Source: the human T2T-CHM13v2.0 reference genome, Homo sapiens
Length of the DNA stretch: 64,000 nucleotides
Reading direction: 5' to 3' (one strand)
Assembly (NCBI RefSeq): GCF_009914755.1
Contig: NC_060925.1
Position numbers and translations under genes: made by a program. The notes beneath the pieces were generated by a model. That model saw nothing but the letters and a program-made list of their open reading frames with translations. It was not told where the DNA came from and searched no databases. Shown piece after piece: positions 1 through 14,814 of this stretch (position 1 is the stretch's first letter; each line of letters begins with the position of its first letter).

Positions 1-24
1 GCCCACGCCACCAAACCTGGCTAA

Positions 25-471
<447 letters not shown>

Positions 472-1431
472 TCAAAAAAAAAAAAAAGAAGAAGAAGCAG
501 CTCTTTCTATTGCTATGGAAAGATCATGCAGAATGGTGGGTATAATATATTATCATTTGAATAAAAAGCTAAAGAGGCTGGGTGCAGTGGCTCATTCCTG
601 TAATCCCAACACTTTGGGAGGCTGAGGAGGGCAGATCATCTGAGCCCAGGAGTTGGGACCAGCCTGGGCAACAAAGTGAAACCCTATTTCTACAAAAAAA
701 TTTTTTTTTAAATTGGCTGGGCTTTGTGGCACAGACCTGTAGTCCCAGCTACTCGGGAGGCTGAGGTGGGAGGATCACCTGAGCCTGGGAAGTAGAGGTT
801 GTAGTGAGCCAAGATCATGCCACTCCACTCCAGCCTGGAAGACAGAGTGAGACCCTGTCTCAAAAAAAAAGGTAGAGAAGAAAGGAAAGCTTGCTCTAGC
901 AGTGGTATAGAGGGTCTATTGGAAAAAAACAGACTAGAGGCAGGGAAAGCAGTAAGGAGGCTAGTACCAAGGCCAGGTGAGAAATACTAAGAACCCAAAC
1001 CAGGATAGCAGTAGTGGAAAGGATGATGAAAGAATATCATAGAGATAGATGGATCACAATCTGGAGTCCAGTTCATTTCAGGGCTGATAGAGAAGAAAGA
1101 GTTTCACATGACATGCAGTTTTCTCACTAGCCAGGCATGCTGATGTGTACCCATAGCCCTAGCTACTTGGGAAGCTGGGGTGGGAGTATCACTTGAGCCC
1201 AGGAGGTCAAAGCTGCAGTGAGCAAAGGTCGAGCCACTGTACTCCAGCTTGGATAGCAGAGTGAGTCCCTGTCTCTAAAAGAAAACAACAACAACAACAA
1301 TAATAATAATATAATTTTCTCATTCAGGCAGCTAGATGGATTCAGTCATTCATCAATACAGGAAATATGGCTGGGCACGGTGGCTCATGCCTGTAATCCT
1401 AGCACTTTGGGATGCCAAGGCAGGTAGATCA

Positions 1432-1737
<306 letters not shown>

Positions 1738-2289
1738 TCACTCTTGTTGCCCAGGCTGTATTATTATTATTTTTTTAGAGACAAAGTCTCACTCTGTCAC
1801 CCAGGCTAGAGTGCAGTGGTATGATCATAGTTCACTGCAGCCTTGAACTCCTGGGCATGAGTGATCTTCCCACCTTGGCCTCCCAAAGCAGAAAAGAATG
1901 ATTTTGAGTTCCATTTTTTTGTTGTTGTTGTTATTGTTTTGTAATTTGTAATTTTATTATTTTTTAAATTTTTTGTAAAGATGAGGTCTCACTTTGTTGC
2001 CCAGGCTGGTCTCAAACTCCTGGCTTCAAGCAATCTTCCTGCCTTGGCCTCCCAAAGTGCTGGGATTACAGGCACGAGCCATTGAGCACAACCTTGAGTT
2101 CCCTTTTGAATCTGGTGATTTGTTGATGACAAGCAGACACGAAGTGAAGATGTACACTCTAGGCATTTAGGGATACGGCTAGAGTCAAAACAGAAGCCTG
2201 GGTTAGAGGCTAGGTGTGGTAGCTCATGCCTCTAATCCCAGCATTTTGGGAGGCCAAGGTGGACTGATTGCTTTGAACTCAGGAGTTCA

Positions 2290-2816
<527 letters not shown>

Positions 2817-3009
2817 GTAATGGCTAGCATAATGCAGGTGTTAAGAGCTATGGCTTCTTAATAAAATGCCTAAGCTGGAGACTCAGTCATTGGATCCAAA
2901 ATCTATCCTGGAACTTCCAGAGACCCTCAGAGTCCCTCAACTTAAACAGATATACTATCTGTCAATACATATTTGTTGACCAAATGAATTTTCCCCTTAC
3001 ACTCTCCAG

Positions 3010-3112
3010 GTTACCACGGTGATGGCCTCAATGCTGTCATCCTTTTTGCTTCCTGTTATCTACCCAGAAGCAGCATCCCCAACTACACCTATGTCATGGA
3101 ACACTTGTTTAG
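3010..3112 (+). CDS. BNIPL: BNIPL coding exon ([19 protein letters not shown]...MEHLFR), BCH domain
   Basis: ctccag|GT acceptor and AG|gtgag donor. Phase is compatible with both neighbours. Confidence 0.93.
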
Positions 3113-3273
3113 GTGAGGTGGAAGGCCTGAAGGGCTACAGGGCAGTGTTAGGGAGGGAAAAGTAAAAAAGAACTCCTTCAAAGATCAGTAGCTGATGGGA
3201 GAGTCTACAGTAATGTTCCTCTCACTCTCTGAAGCCCCTAACACATACCTTCCCTGCAATTTCATCCCCCCAG

Positions 3274-3981
<708 letters not shown>

Positions 3982-4034
3982 TAAAATGGCAATAGTTATA
4001 CTTTTGCCACTGGGTATTTGTGAAAATCGAGTAA

Positions 4035-4283
<249 letters not shown>

Positions 4284-5476
4284 TAGCTAATTTTTGTATT
4301 TTTGTTGTTGTTGTTAGAGACAGGGTTTTGCCATGTTTCTCAGGCCAGTCTTGAACTCCTGAGCTCAGGTGATCTGCCTGCTTTGGCCTCCCAAAGTGCT
4401 GGGATTACAGGTGTGAGCCACTGTGCCTGGCCCTGTGTCTTCTTTTCCTTCTCAGGTTTTTTTTTTTTCCCCTTTTGGTTCCCCCATCTCCATTTGCTCA
4501 CATTTCTCTTCTTGCCCCCTTTCCTTTTTTCGTCCTTGCTGGTCTTCTTCCACCTAGAGTTTTATAAGTAATCTTGGTCATGGAGCGATGTAGAAGCATG
4601 CAAAAGGAACTTACGCGAGGGTAGAGCACAAGATGGAAATGGAGCAGAAAAAGACCAGGTGGTCGGGCGCGGTGGCTCACGTCTGTAATCCCAGCACTTT
4701 GGAAGGCCGAGGTGGGCGGATCACAAGGTCAGGAGTTCAAGACCAGCCTGGCCAACATGGTGACAAGTCATTATCTCTACTAAAAAAATACAAAAATTAG
4801 CTGGGCATGGTGGCATGTGCCTATAATCCCAGCTACTCGGGAGGCTGAGGCAGGAGAATCACTTGAACCCGGGAGGTGGAGGGTTGCAGTGAGCCGAGAT
4901 CGAGCCACTGACTCCAGCCTGGCGACAGAGTGAGATTCCATCTCAAAAAAAAAAAAAAAAAAAAAAATCCGGGCGCGATGGCTCACACCTGTAATCCCAG
5001 CACTTTGGGAGGCCGAGGCGGGCAGATCACGAGGTCAGGAGATCGAGACCATGGTGAAACCCCGTCTCTACTAAAAATACAAAAAATTAGCCGGGCACGG
5101 TGGCGGGCGCCTGTAGTCCCAGCTACTCAGGAGGCTGAGGCAGGAGAATGGCATGAACCCGGGAAGCAGAGCTTACAGGGAGCTGAGATAGTGCCACTAC
5201 ACTCCAGCCCAGGCGACAGAGTGAGACTCCGTCTCAAAAAAAAAAAAAAAAAAAAAAAATCTTGAGAGTTTTTTTAAAAATGAGGATCATGGAGGGCTAA
5301 ATAAGATGGGTGGAGCTGAGATTACAGCTGACGGAATGGGGATTAGACCCAAGTACCAGATAAATCTAGAAACTAGAGAAGTGAATGAAGGAAGTTACAG
5401 TACAGAAAACAGTTCCACGTGATCTTCACACATAAAGGTGGAAGAAGAAATAGGATGATCTCATGTTGTTTTTCAG

Positions 5477-5563
5477 GCTACGGAAAAACCTGCGAGCCCT
5501 GGTGGTTGTCCATGCTACATGGTATGTGAAAGCATTTCTGGCACTGCTTCGGCCCTTCATCAG
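5477..5563 (+). CDS. BNIPL: BNIPL coding exon (LRKNLRALVVVHATWYVKAFLALLRPFIS)
   Basis: tttttcag|G acceptor, AG|gtact donor. Carries the CRAL-TRIO/BCH signature KNLxxLxxVH. Confidence 0.93.
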
Positions 5564-5746
5564 GTACTAGTTCTAGGAACAAGGACTCCTTTCTCCTTCC
5601 CCCCATTTTCAAAATCAAGATTAAGATCTTTCTCCACCTTGATTCTTTCTAGCCTTAACCACTCTACTTCTACATTTTTCTTTGCAAGGATTTTTGGGAA
5701 CCCTTCTCCCAATACAAAACACAGTTGATTTATTCTCTCTTTTCAG

Positions 5747-5845
5747 TTCCAAATTCACACGAAAAATCCGTTTTCTGGACAGCCTGGGGGAGCTGGCCCA
5801 ACTCATATCCCTGGATCAAGTCCACATCCCTGAAGCTGTCAGACA
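5747..5845 (+). CDS. BNIPL: BNIPL coding exon (SKFTRKIRFLDSLGELAQLISLDQVHIPEAVRQ)
   Basis: ctcttttcag|T acceptor, CA|gtgag donor, 99 nt. Confidence 0.93.
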
Positions 5846-6330
5846 GTGAGTTTCACACTTAAGAATAAAGCCTTGGGGTGGGATGTGTAAAGCCAATCTC
5901 TACTTTTTTAATGCCTTGGGGGACATACAAAAGAACGAAAAGCTAGAGGGCCCTGTTTTCGGGTGCTTTAATGTATATGGGGAAACTGCACACACCCAGA
6001 GAAGAAATGAAGGACACTACTGCATCCAACAAGAATAAATGAAAAAAAAAAAAAACCTATACATGTAAGTGCAGAGGCAATAAGGAATAAAGGAATAATC
6101 ACAGTGCAGAGGAGATTCAGACTGGCCCTAGAAATTAGGAAGAGATGTGTTGGCAGTGAACAGATGATATCCAGTGGGGGAGAGGGTGTTAGGGAGCAAA
6201 AGTGCTAAATGATGACTCAACCCAATCATCTAGCTCTTCCAATTCACCTGGCTTCTCTCCCCAAACCAGAAAATAAAACCCAAGTCCTACCCCCTGAACC
6301 ACTTCTCTCCTCCCCCTCTCCCTCTCCTAG

Positions 6331-6367
6331 GCTGGACCGGGATCTCCATGGCTCAGGAGGGACATAG
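6331..6367 (+). CDS. BNIPL: BNIPL terminal coding exon (LDRDLHGSGGT*); 3'UTR continues to ~7265
   Basis: Long pyrimidine tract ending ctcctag|G. In-frame TAG at 6365-6367. Confidence 0.9.
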
Positions 6368-6641
6368 CACAGGACTGGATAAAGGGCCTTAGAACCAGTT
6401 AGTGATCTGCCTACACCTGAATCCCTGAAACATCTGAACTGTTTTGTAAATCATCTTATCCCCAACCTCAGTACCACCGGATCTTCACTTCTCAGTGGGA
6501 TTTTGTCCTTTGCATGACCCTACTTTCAGCAGGGCTTTGAGGCTGGGAAACTGATCTGCTGGGTGACTTTCATTCCAGTTGCTGGGACGGAAGGCTGAAT
6601 GTAGGGTCATTTTGTATGGGATATGCAGAGCTCTGGGTTTT

Positions 6642-6939
6642 TTTGTTTTTTGTTTTTTGAGACGGAGTCTCGCTCTGTCGCCAGGCTGGAGTGCAGTGGT
6701 GCGATCTCGGCTCACTGCAACCTCCGCCTCCCGGTTCAAGCCATTCTTCTGCCTCAGCCTCAGCGAGTAGCTGAGACTACCGGCGCACGCCACCACGCCC
6801 AGCTAATTGTTTTGTATTTTTAGTAGAGACGGGGTTTCACCATGTTGGCCAGGATGGTCTCGATCTCTTGACCTCGTGATCTGCCCGCCTCGGCCTCCCA
6901 AAGTGCCGAGATTACAGGTGTGAGCCACCGCGCTCGGCC
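6642..6939 (-). mobile_element. Antisense Alu in the BNIPL 3'UTR
   Basis: Full Alu body flanked by the TSD AGAGCTCTGGGTTTT (6627-6641 and 6940-6954). Confidence 0.92.
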
Positions 6940-7242
6940 AGAGCTCTGGGTTTTAATCCTACTTTAGCTGTAGAACCTTGGGCAAATAACTTCATCTTTT
7001 TGGGTCCTAATTTTCCTCCTGTCTAACTGGAGGGACTGTGATCCTTCCACCTTGGATGGAAGAGGCTTACCTGACAGCCAGCCTGCCTGCTGGGAGCCAG
7101 GAGAGTCAGCTCATTAAATCTTGAAGAACCGCTGTATGCCCTTTTTCCTTCTAAGTCATGTCTGCTGCCTGTGAGCCTGGGAAGGAGTGCTTTCAAAACC
7201 TGTATTTTTGCCCTCTTTAGTAAATTTAGAACTGTAGAGGCT

Positions 7243-7248
7243 AATAAA
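7243..7248 (+). terminator. BNIPL: BNIPL polyadenylation signal AATAAA
   Basis: First AATAAA after the stop codon, immediately before the C1orf56 CpG island. Confidence 0.7.
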
Positions 7249-7329
7249 CTGCGATGAGACATTTAAGCTCTGCTCCAAAGAAGTGAACGACTCTTTCACC
7301 ACCCCTTGCATCCCAAACCTTCGGTTCTG

Positions 7330-7527
7330 GCAGAGTTCTTGCCGCAGAGGTTCCTTAGGAGCACCCCGCGCGGCCCGCGCGAGCGCGCCTGCGCGTCGAA
7401 CCCCACCCCCTTCCCCGCGGGCCTCGGTTCAAACGACCCGGTGGGTCTACAGCGGAAGGGAGGGAGCGAAGGTAGGAGGCAGGGCTTGCCTCACTGGCCA
7501 CCCTCCCAACCCCAAGAGCCCAGCCCC
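7330..7527 (+). promoter_or_regulatory. C1orf56: C1orf56 CpG-island promoter/5'UTR with NRF1-like GCGCCTGCGC (7385-7394) and an ETS-like CGGAAG
   Basis: Dense CpG running into exon 1. Motifs matched by eye only. Confidence 0.7.
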
Positions 7528-8532
7528 ATGGTCCCCGCCGCCGGCGCGCTGCTGTGGGTCCTGCTGCTGAATCTGGGTCCCCGGGCGGCGGGGGCCCAAG
7601 GCCTGACCCAGACTCCGACCGAAATGCAGCGGGTCAGTTTACGCTTTGGGGGCCCCATGACCCGCAGCTACCGGAGCACCGCCCGGACTGGTCTTCCCCG
7701 GAAGACAAGGATAATCCTAGAGGACGAGAATGATGCCATGGCCGACGCCGACCGCCTGGCTGGACCAGCGGCTGCCGAGCTCTTGGCCGCCACGGTGTCC
7801 ACCGGCTTTAGCCGGTCGTCCGCCATTAACGAGGAGGATGGGTCTTCAGAAGAGGGGGTTGTGATTAATGCCGGAAAGGATAGCACCAGCAGAGAGCTTC
7901 CCAGTGCGACTCCCAATACAGCGGGGAGTTCCAGCACGAGGTTTATAGCCAATAGTCAGGAGCCTGAAATCAGGCTGACTTCAAGCCTGCCGCGCTCCCC
8001 CGGGAGGTCTACTGAGGACCTGCCAGGCTCGCAGGCCACCCTGAGCCAGTGGTCCACACCTGGGTCTACCCCGAGCCGGTGGCCGTCACCCTCACCCACA
8101 GCCATGCCATCTCCTGAGGATCTGCGGCTGGTGCTGATGCCCTGGGGCCCGTGGCACTGCCACTGCAAGTCGGGCACCATGAGCCGGAGCCGGTCTGGGA
8201 AGCTGCACGGCCTTTCCGGGCGCCTTCGAGTTGGGGCGCTGAGCCAGCTCCGCACGGAGCACAAGCCTTGCACCTATCAACAATGTCCCTGCAACCGACT
8301 TCGGGAAGAGTGCCCCCTGGACACAAGTCTCTGTACTGACACCAACTGTGCCTCTCAGAGCACCACCAGTACCAGGACCACCACTACCCCCTTCCCCACC
8401 ATCCACCTCAGAAGCAGTCCCAGCCTGCCACCCGCCAGCCCCTGCCCAGCCCTGGCTTTTTGGAAACGGGTCAGGATTGGCCTGGAGGATATTTGGAATA
8501 GCCTCTCTTCAGTGTTCACAGAGATGCAACCA
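7528..8532 (+). CDS. C1orf56: C1orf56 (protein MENT) exon 1, codons 1-335: signal peptide, S/T/P-rich region, Cys-rich region
   Basis: ATG in cccATGg context, MVPAAGALLWVLLLNLGPRAAGA hydrophobic leader, 1005-nt open frame, donor CCA|gtaagt. Confidence 0.93.
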
Positions 8533-8763
8533 GTAAGTGTTTGGTGATGAGCCAGGGTCTTTGTTGACGGATCTGAAAAGTCCTGGTATCTAAAACCCAG
8601 TTGCTAAGCCAGCCAGTGTTGCTTACATGAACTGTTACTGACTTACCTGGTTATTGATTCATAACATGCATTGGTTATTCACATTGTTAGCCATTGATTC
8701 CACCTATTATTTATTGAGCAACTACTGGTTGGTCATTAGGTAAAATGTCTTACTGCTCATTAG

Positions 8764-9525
<762 letters not shown>

Positions 9526-9619
9526 TGATGCACAGATAATTAACAGATATGAAGGATCTTAATCAATTAATAGTTTTGACCTAATACAGCTTAACAGCAA
9601 CAAGTGCCAAAATTTGAGG

Positions 9620-9782
9620 TCTTACTATGTGCACTTTACCTGAATCGATCCTCACATCCTATGAGGTATTATTATCCCTGCTTTTCAGATGAAGAAACTG
9701 AGGTTTACAAAGCTAGTAAGTGGCAGAGCCACGAGATTTAAACCAGGTTTGACACCAGTGCCCACTCTCTTCACCACTACCA
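9620..9782 (-). mobile_element. MIR in the C1orf56 intron (Alus at ~8795-9510 precede it)
   Basis: MIR core cttttcagatgaagaaactgagg...gctagtaagtggcagagcc. Confidence 0.75.
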
Positions 9783-10119
9783 TTTGGGAGTACTGTCCTT
9801 CCAGGACAAGGAAGGATAGTCCTCTGCTTTTCCCAGAATTAGCAAAGGTTCTGATTGACTTGATAAGGTAGTCTCAATTGATACGGATGATAGGACTTTG
9901 AGGAGGGAAAGGTAATAAAGCTTACACTTGGTCATTTTGCTTGTTTCTGTTTTTCTCCTTGTGTGTCCAATACCATTATTGCATACAAAAATAAGTAAGG
10001 GGTGGGCAGTAGGGTTGAGGGAATATGGGTTTGTGGGAGGGGGAGATGAAGCAAGGAAGGGAAAAGAATATAGATGTGGTTGTAATTTCCCTTTTTCTCT
10101 ATTTTTTTTTCTTACGCAG

Positions 10120-10140
10120 ATAGACAGAAACCAGAGGTAA
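10120..10140 (+). CDS. C1orf56: C1orf56 exon 2 coding part (IDRNQR*); total protein 341 aa
   Basis: Strong pyrimidine tract ending cttacgcag|ATA, phase 0, stop TAA. Confidence 0.88.
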   Translation: MDRNQR

Positions 10141-10679
10141 TGGCCACTTCATCCACATGAGGAGATGTCAGTATCTCAACCTCTCTTGCCCTTTCAATCC
10201 TAGCACCCACTAGATATTTTTAGTACAGAAAAACAAAACTGGAAAACACATTGTTTGGTCTTGTGTTTCTTTACAGAGGTACCTGAGGGAGGAGAGACAT
10301 AAATCCCTTCATCCCTAAGACTGAACTATGTAACTAGCAGCCTCTGGCTTGTTTTCTACTCCCTGTCCCTCAGGATAAAATGTTGATATTGCTCATTTTC
10401 CTCATTTCCAACATTGTTTTAAAACAAGTACTTCTTTTACAGGCTTGAAAAATCTCAAATAAACGCTAAGAAAAGGGAGTAGGAAGAACAAGGAGTTGAG
10501 CCCTTGAAAGATGACAGTGGTCTTCTTGCCTTCATGCTTGGCCCTCTCTCCTCAAAAGGGCAATGTTGGTACAAAATTCCATCTCAGCCACTTTCGAGGA
10601 GTTATCTTCATTAGCTATATCCATCCTTTAATCCAACACACACCTGCAATGATTACTGTGCAACTATTTTGCTTAATTT

Positions 10680-10685
10680 TTTATT
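10680..10685 (-). terminator. CDC42SE1: CDC42SE1 polyadenylation signal (AATAAA on minus strand; a second lies at 10756-10761)
   Basis: TTTATT on the + strand at the far end of the CDC42SE1 last exon. Confidence 0.65.
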
Positions 10686-11075
10686 TGAAAAAATGTATTT
10701 AAAAGTCCAACAACTTTTTAATATAAATTACGACTCTCAAACCCATTCCCATCACTTTATTAGTGATGGTAGCATACATATTAGAGAAGGTAGCTAAAGG
10801 CAAGAGAGCACCAAAGGAAAAAGACTGTCCAAAGAACAGGTATTAGAATGAGGCCGAAGATCACGGTGACCAGAGATTTCTAGGAGTCTCTAACCTTTCC
10901 ACCCTATCCTGTTAACCCTTTAGATCTCTAGTATAACACTCAGGCTACTGAGGTATTTTAGAGCAACAAGCTGGGTTACTTTCAGAGCAACCAGCTTGAC
11001 TGGAACTGAGAGTAAATTGGGAATGTATGACCAATCTTAGACCCTGAAAAATGGCAGAAAATACATGGAAATTTG

Positions 11076-11108
<33 letters not shown>
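11076..11108. repeat. A33 homopolymer with no attached Alu or L1 body
   Basis: Directly visible. No retroelement 3' end immediately upstream. Confidence 0.9.
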
Positions 11109-11112
<4 letters not shown>

Positions 11113-11651
11113 CTCAGTCACTGTTCTGTAGGGATAAGCAAACTGAATGGGTGGTGGAATTGGCAGAATGGATACCAGTTCCTACATTCCTGACCCCACT
11201 ACCATAAAACAGGATGTTTCCTGTTGCAAAGCTAATGAGACCCCACCCTTCTTGTCTCAGAGCAGGCAGGAGCTCATCTGTCTTGTTCTGCCTTCCTAAT
11301 TACCCTGGAAGGGCCAGAACGAAGAACACCTGAGAATACTGAAAGTGCCTAAAAACCCCTGCTCCTACGTTGTTTTCCCATTTAAAGCAGACTCTTCAGC
11401 CAGGGGGCAGTGGGACCTGGTCTTCAGACAAAACTCCCTGAGTCTAATGTGTGTCTAGGACTAGGGCACAGAAATAGAGCTTAAAATTTGGGGAGGATAA
11501 GGAGTGTATCTACTGCTTCTCTCTCCCCTTTCCCCAATCCTACCATACCCTGTTCATATCTCTACACTGCAGGAACCACTTCTCCAGAGGGCAAGAATGG
11601 AGGAGGGGGACCTGTCCATCATAGCAACATGCAAACACAAGCAAAACACTG

Positions 11652-11657
11652 AATAAA
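11652..11657 (+). terminator. C1orf56: Candidate distal C1orf56 polyA signal (proximal alternative at 10458-10463)
   Basis: AATAAA hexamers downstream of the C1orf56 stop codon. Confidence 0.5.
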
Positions 11658-11805
11658 GAATTGTTTGGAGATTATGTGCAGCCCTACTGAGCCTCATTTA
11701 TATGGGCTCCTAGTTGATCCATGGCTCGGGCTTAAGATGAGTAAGATGATGAGGGTAGCGTGCCAAGCAGAAATCACTTCAGAGAAAAATATCTTGACTT
11801 TAGAG

Positions 11806-12001
11806 TTGTGGTTCTCAAATGGAGGCGATTTTGCCCCCTAGGAGAAATCTGGCAATGTATAGAGACATTTTTGGTTGTCATAACTAGAGTGGGCCAGGGG
11901 TGCTGCTAAATATCCTGTAATGCACAAAATAGGAAACAGGTTTTCCTTACAAAGAACACTTCAGCCCAAAATGTCAAAGGCATCTCGGTTGTGAAACCTT
12001 G
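11806..12001 (+). mobile_element. MER20 (hAT-Charlie MITE) in the CDC42SE1 3'UTR
   Basis: gtggttctcaa...ggcgattttgccccc...gagacatttttggttgtca...gcccaaaatgtcaa...gaaaccttg. Imperfect 8-bp TSD CTTTAGAG/TTCTAGAG. Confidence 0.8.
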
Positions 12002-13189
12002 TTCTAGAGCCTCTCCCTGCTCCCGTGCTGTGAGGATCTTAAGACTCCTAAACTCACAGATGATTGTTTTCAACCTATTTATCTCACCATCCTCAATGAT
12101 CAGAAGTCCACCTTGAGATGGACTTACTCCTAGTTCTGCCGCATTCTGGGTTTCTTTCCAGACCCCTCTTCCTCCTCTCACCTGGGCCAGCAGGGAGGTT
12201 GGCAGAGGGCAGGAAAGATGCCCCAAAACTTAAATGGAATGTCATCAGGTGAAGAGCTACCTCTTACCTTAACTCTTATTCGGTGGGAAACAAGGTTCCT
12301 AATAGGGATAGAGTTAAGGGCGGAGGCAACAGCAGGATGAGGATAATTAAGAGAACCTGAATTAAATTTTTAATATTTTAAAAAAGGAAAGTTGCTGGGA
12401 AGCTGGTAAACAGAAACAGAAGATTAGAGGCCTAACTAGAAAGAGACACTGGTGTTAGCAGAGAGATATTGAGGGGCTGTAAGCCTAAGGTTTGAAATCT
12501 AAAGATAGAGTGGAAAAGGGAGTAGGCACCCCCACCAGCCCCTGCTTGACATCTGCTTTAGTTCATTCCAGCAGGAAGGAGGAGAAGGGCAGGGAGGTAG
12601 GGAGCTTCTCAGCAAAGCCAGCTTCAGCTTTGATAATCTCACCCACCTACCCCATTTAAGGAGTTCCAGGTTTAAGAGTTTAAAAACAGGTGGCACCCAG
12701 ACCATCATTCAGGAGACAGGAACTCATTCCAGGTTCCTAGAGAACTCCTATCTCAGACCTGAGGGTTTCCAGGGCTTCAGCTGAGCTCCTCTGGCTAACC
12801 AGTAGTCACTTGATCAGTCCTGCTGCCTTGACCCCATCTCCAGGAGGGGCTATGGCCAGAGGGAGTAGAGGGAGTCCAGCCCCCAAGCCTTGTGAGGCAC
12901 TGTTAGGCAGATAGGGAAAAGAGGGGTCCTTAGATCACTGGTTCAAGGAGGGATCTGGTAGGGGCAGCATTTCTTCTGGGCTGGAAACAGAATGGGGGTT
13001 TCAAGATGGCAGAACCTGAAATAAAAAAAAAGTTTTTCTTAAAGAAGATTAGCCTCAAAGAAAACCAAGGCTTTAGGAAGAAGGCACTACCTAGTGCAGA
13101 CTTTAAGCTATTTCCACAGTGTGTTCTTTACTTCTGTCTGCACAACACCCTCTCAGTCTTTCTATATCCTACATTCTTTTTTTTTTTGA

Positions 13190-13297
<108 letters not shown>

Positions 13298-13537
13298 TAA
13301 CTGGGATTACAGGCGTGTGCCATCATGCCTGGCTAATTTTTGTACTTTTAGTAGAGACAGGGGTTCACCATGTTGGCCAGGCTGGTCTCAAACTCCTGAC
13401 CTCAAGTCATCTGCTGACCTCGGCCTCCCAAAGTGCTGGGATTATAGGCGTTAGCCACCATGCCCGGCCTAGATCCTACATTCTTGAATCTTCCCTTCTA
13501 ATTCCTCCCTATCTCCCATTCTTTTTTTATATTTTGA

Positions 13538-13737
<200 letters not shown>

Positions 13738-13934
13738 TGAACTCCTGGCCTCAAGTGATCCACCCATCTCGGCCTCCTAAAGTGCTGGGATTACAGGCAT
13801 AAGCCACCATGCCCGGCCACACCTCCCTTTCTTGCATAAGATCAGGGTTCTGAGTCAGGGTATCAGGTTGTGCTGTTATGGGGGCTGAGGTGTTAGATGG
13901 GTTTCTCTAATCACTCACCATTCCATTATTGGAG

Positions 13935-14009
13935 CTATAAGCCCCTAGAATTGCTCCATGGCCTATCTCGGTTTCCCTTGGATCTCATCTGCTCCTGAAC
14001 TGCACCTGT
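13935..14009 (-). CDS. CDC42SE1: CDC42SE1 last coding exon (TGAVQEQMRSKGNRDRPWSNSRGL*); exon extends to 13919
   Basis: tttttttacag|ACA acceptor, TAG stop, donor ATG|gtgagt at 13919/13918. Confidence 0.93.
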   Translation of the reverse strand, partial: TGAVQEQMRSKGNRDRPWSNSRGL

Positions 14010-14703
14010 CTGTAAAAAAACAGATGTGAGACACCTTCGTAAGTCTTCATATCCTACAGTAAGAACTCTACTTTGTGCCTTCCAGGGAAGAGGCTGACGC
14101 CATCTCCTTGACAATAGCAGCCATCTGCTAACCACCATTCCTCCTAGGGGAGTCTCAATGCCTCTTTTCACACTGGCCTTCATGAGGATGAGGTAAAATG
14201 GGTCTTTTACTAATAATATTCCCTCACAATGGATTCTCCCCTATATATCTGAGTTTCAGGATCTGAGAAAAGACTATCTCTAGACCCATTTCCCTTATTT
14301 TGGGAACAGAAGTGCATCTTAGACATTATTTAGGATGAAGGTACTCAGCTTTTTTCCTGTCCCAACACTCCTAAATATATGATTTACTGTGGCACTGAGA
14401 TAGCAGTTCTTAATTAGGAGAAGGGAGAGTTATAAGTTTTTGGAAAAAGCCCTCCAACTATTAAGATATATATACCCCCTACCCCAGTGAAGAACAATCT
14501 GCTAAGTTGTAAAGATGAGAGAACCTAGGCCCAGACACCTAAAATGCCAGGTCTCGGGTTTCCACAACTGGTGACCAGGACTAGAATCCCAGGTTTTTAC
14601 TTCCCCATTGAGTATTTTCATATGTCCCTAGCTTGAACTTTCAAAAAGAGGGAACGGTTATAGACCTCACCCCTGTATCAACCTCTCCCCATTTCCTTGT
14701 TAC

Positions 14704-14814
14704 CATGGCAAGTCCATCTCCGGCCCCCATCTCCCCTGAGCCAATGTGAGTCAGGTGAACAAAATTCATTGGTTCCCCAATCATGGTCCGGTCAATCCGT
14801 CTTCTCTTCTTCTT
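14704..14814 (-). CDS. CDC42SE1: CDC42SE1 CRIB exon ([37 protein letters not shown])
   Basis: CRIB motif IGEPxNFxHxxHIG, ccaagcag|AAG acceptor, ATG|gtaac donor, 111 nt. Confidence 0.95.

Larger units (their letters stand above)
10660..13015 (-). other. CDC42SE1: CDC42SE1 terminal non-coding exon (3'UTR)
   Basis: Minus-strand acceptor tttttttttatttcag|GTTCT at 13016/13015. The 3' end is inferred from the polyA signal. Confidence 0.75.

Noticed and set aside
7306-7527. 74-codon N-terminal extension of C1orf56 implied by the 413-aa ORF
   Set aside because: It starts at TTG in GC-rich promoter DNA, where stop codons are scarce. The signal peptide begins at the ATG at 7528.
7668-8406. Antisense and alternative-frame ORFs over C1orf56 exon 1
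   Set aside because: Expected shadows of a GC-rich coding exon, with no independent motifs.
11395-11413. Second CTCF-like motif (TCAGCCAGGGGGCAGTG) in the 3'UTR overlap
   Set aside because: Weaker 5' half than the 59650 site and not supportable without ChIP data.
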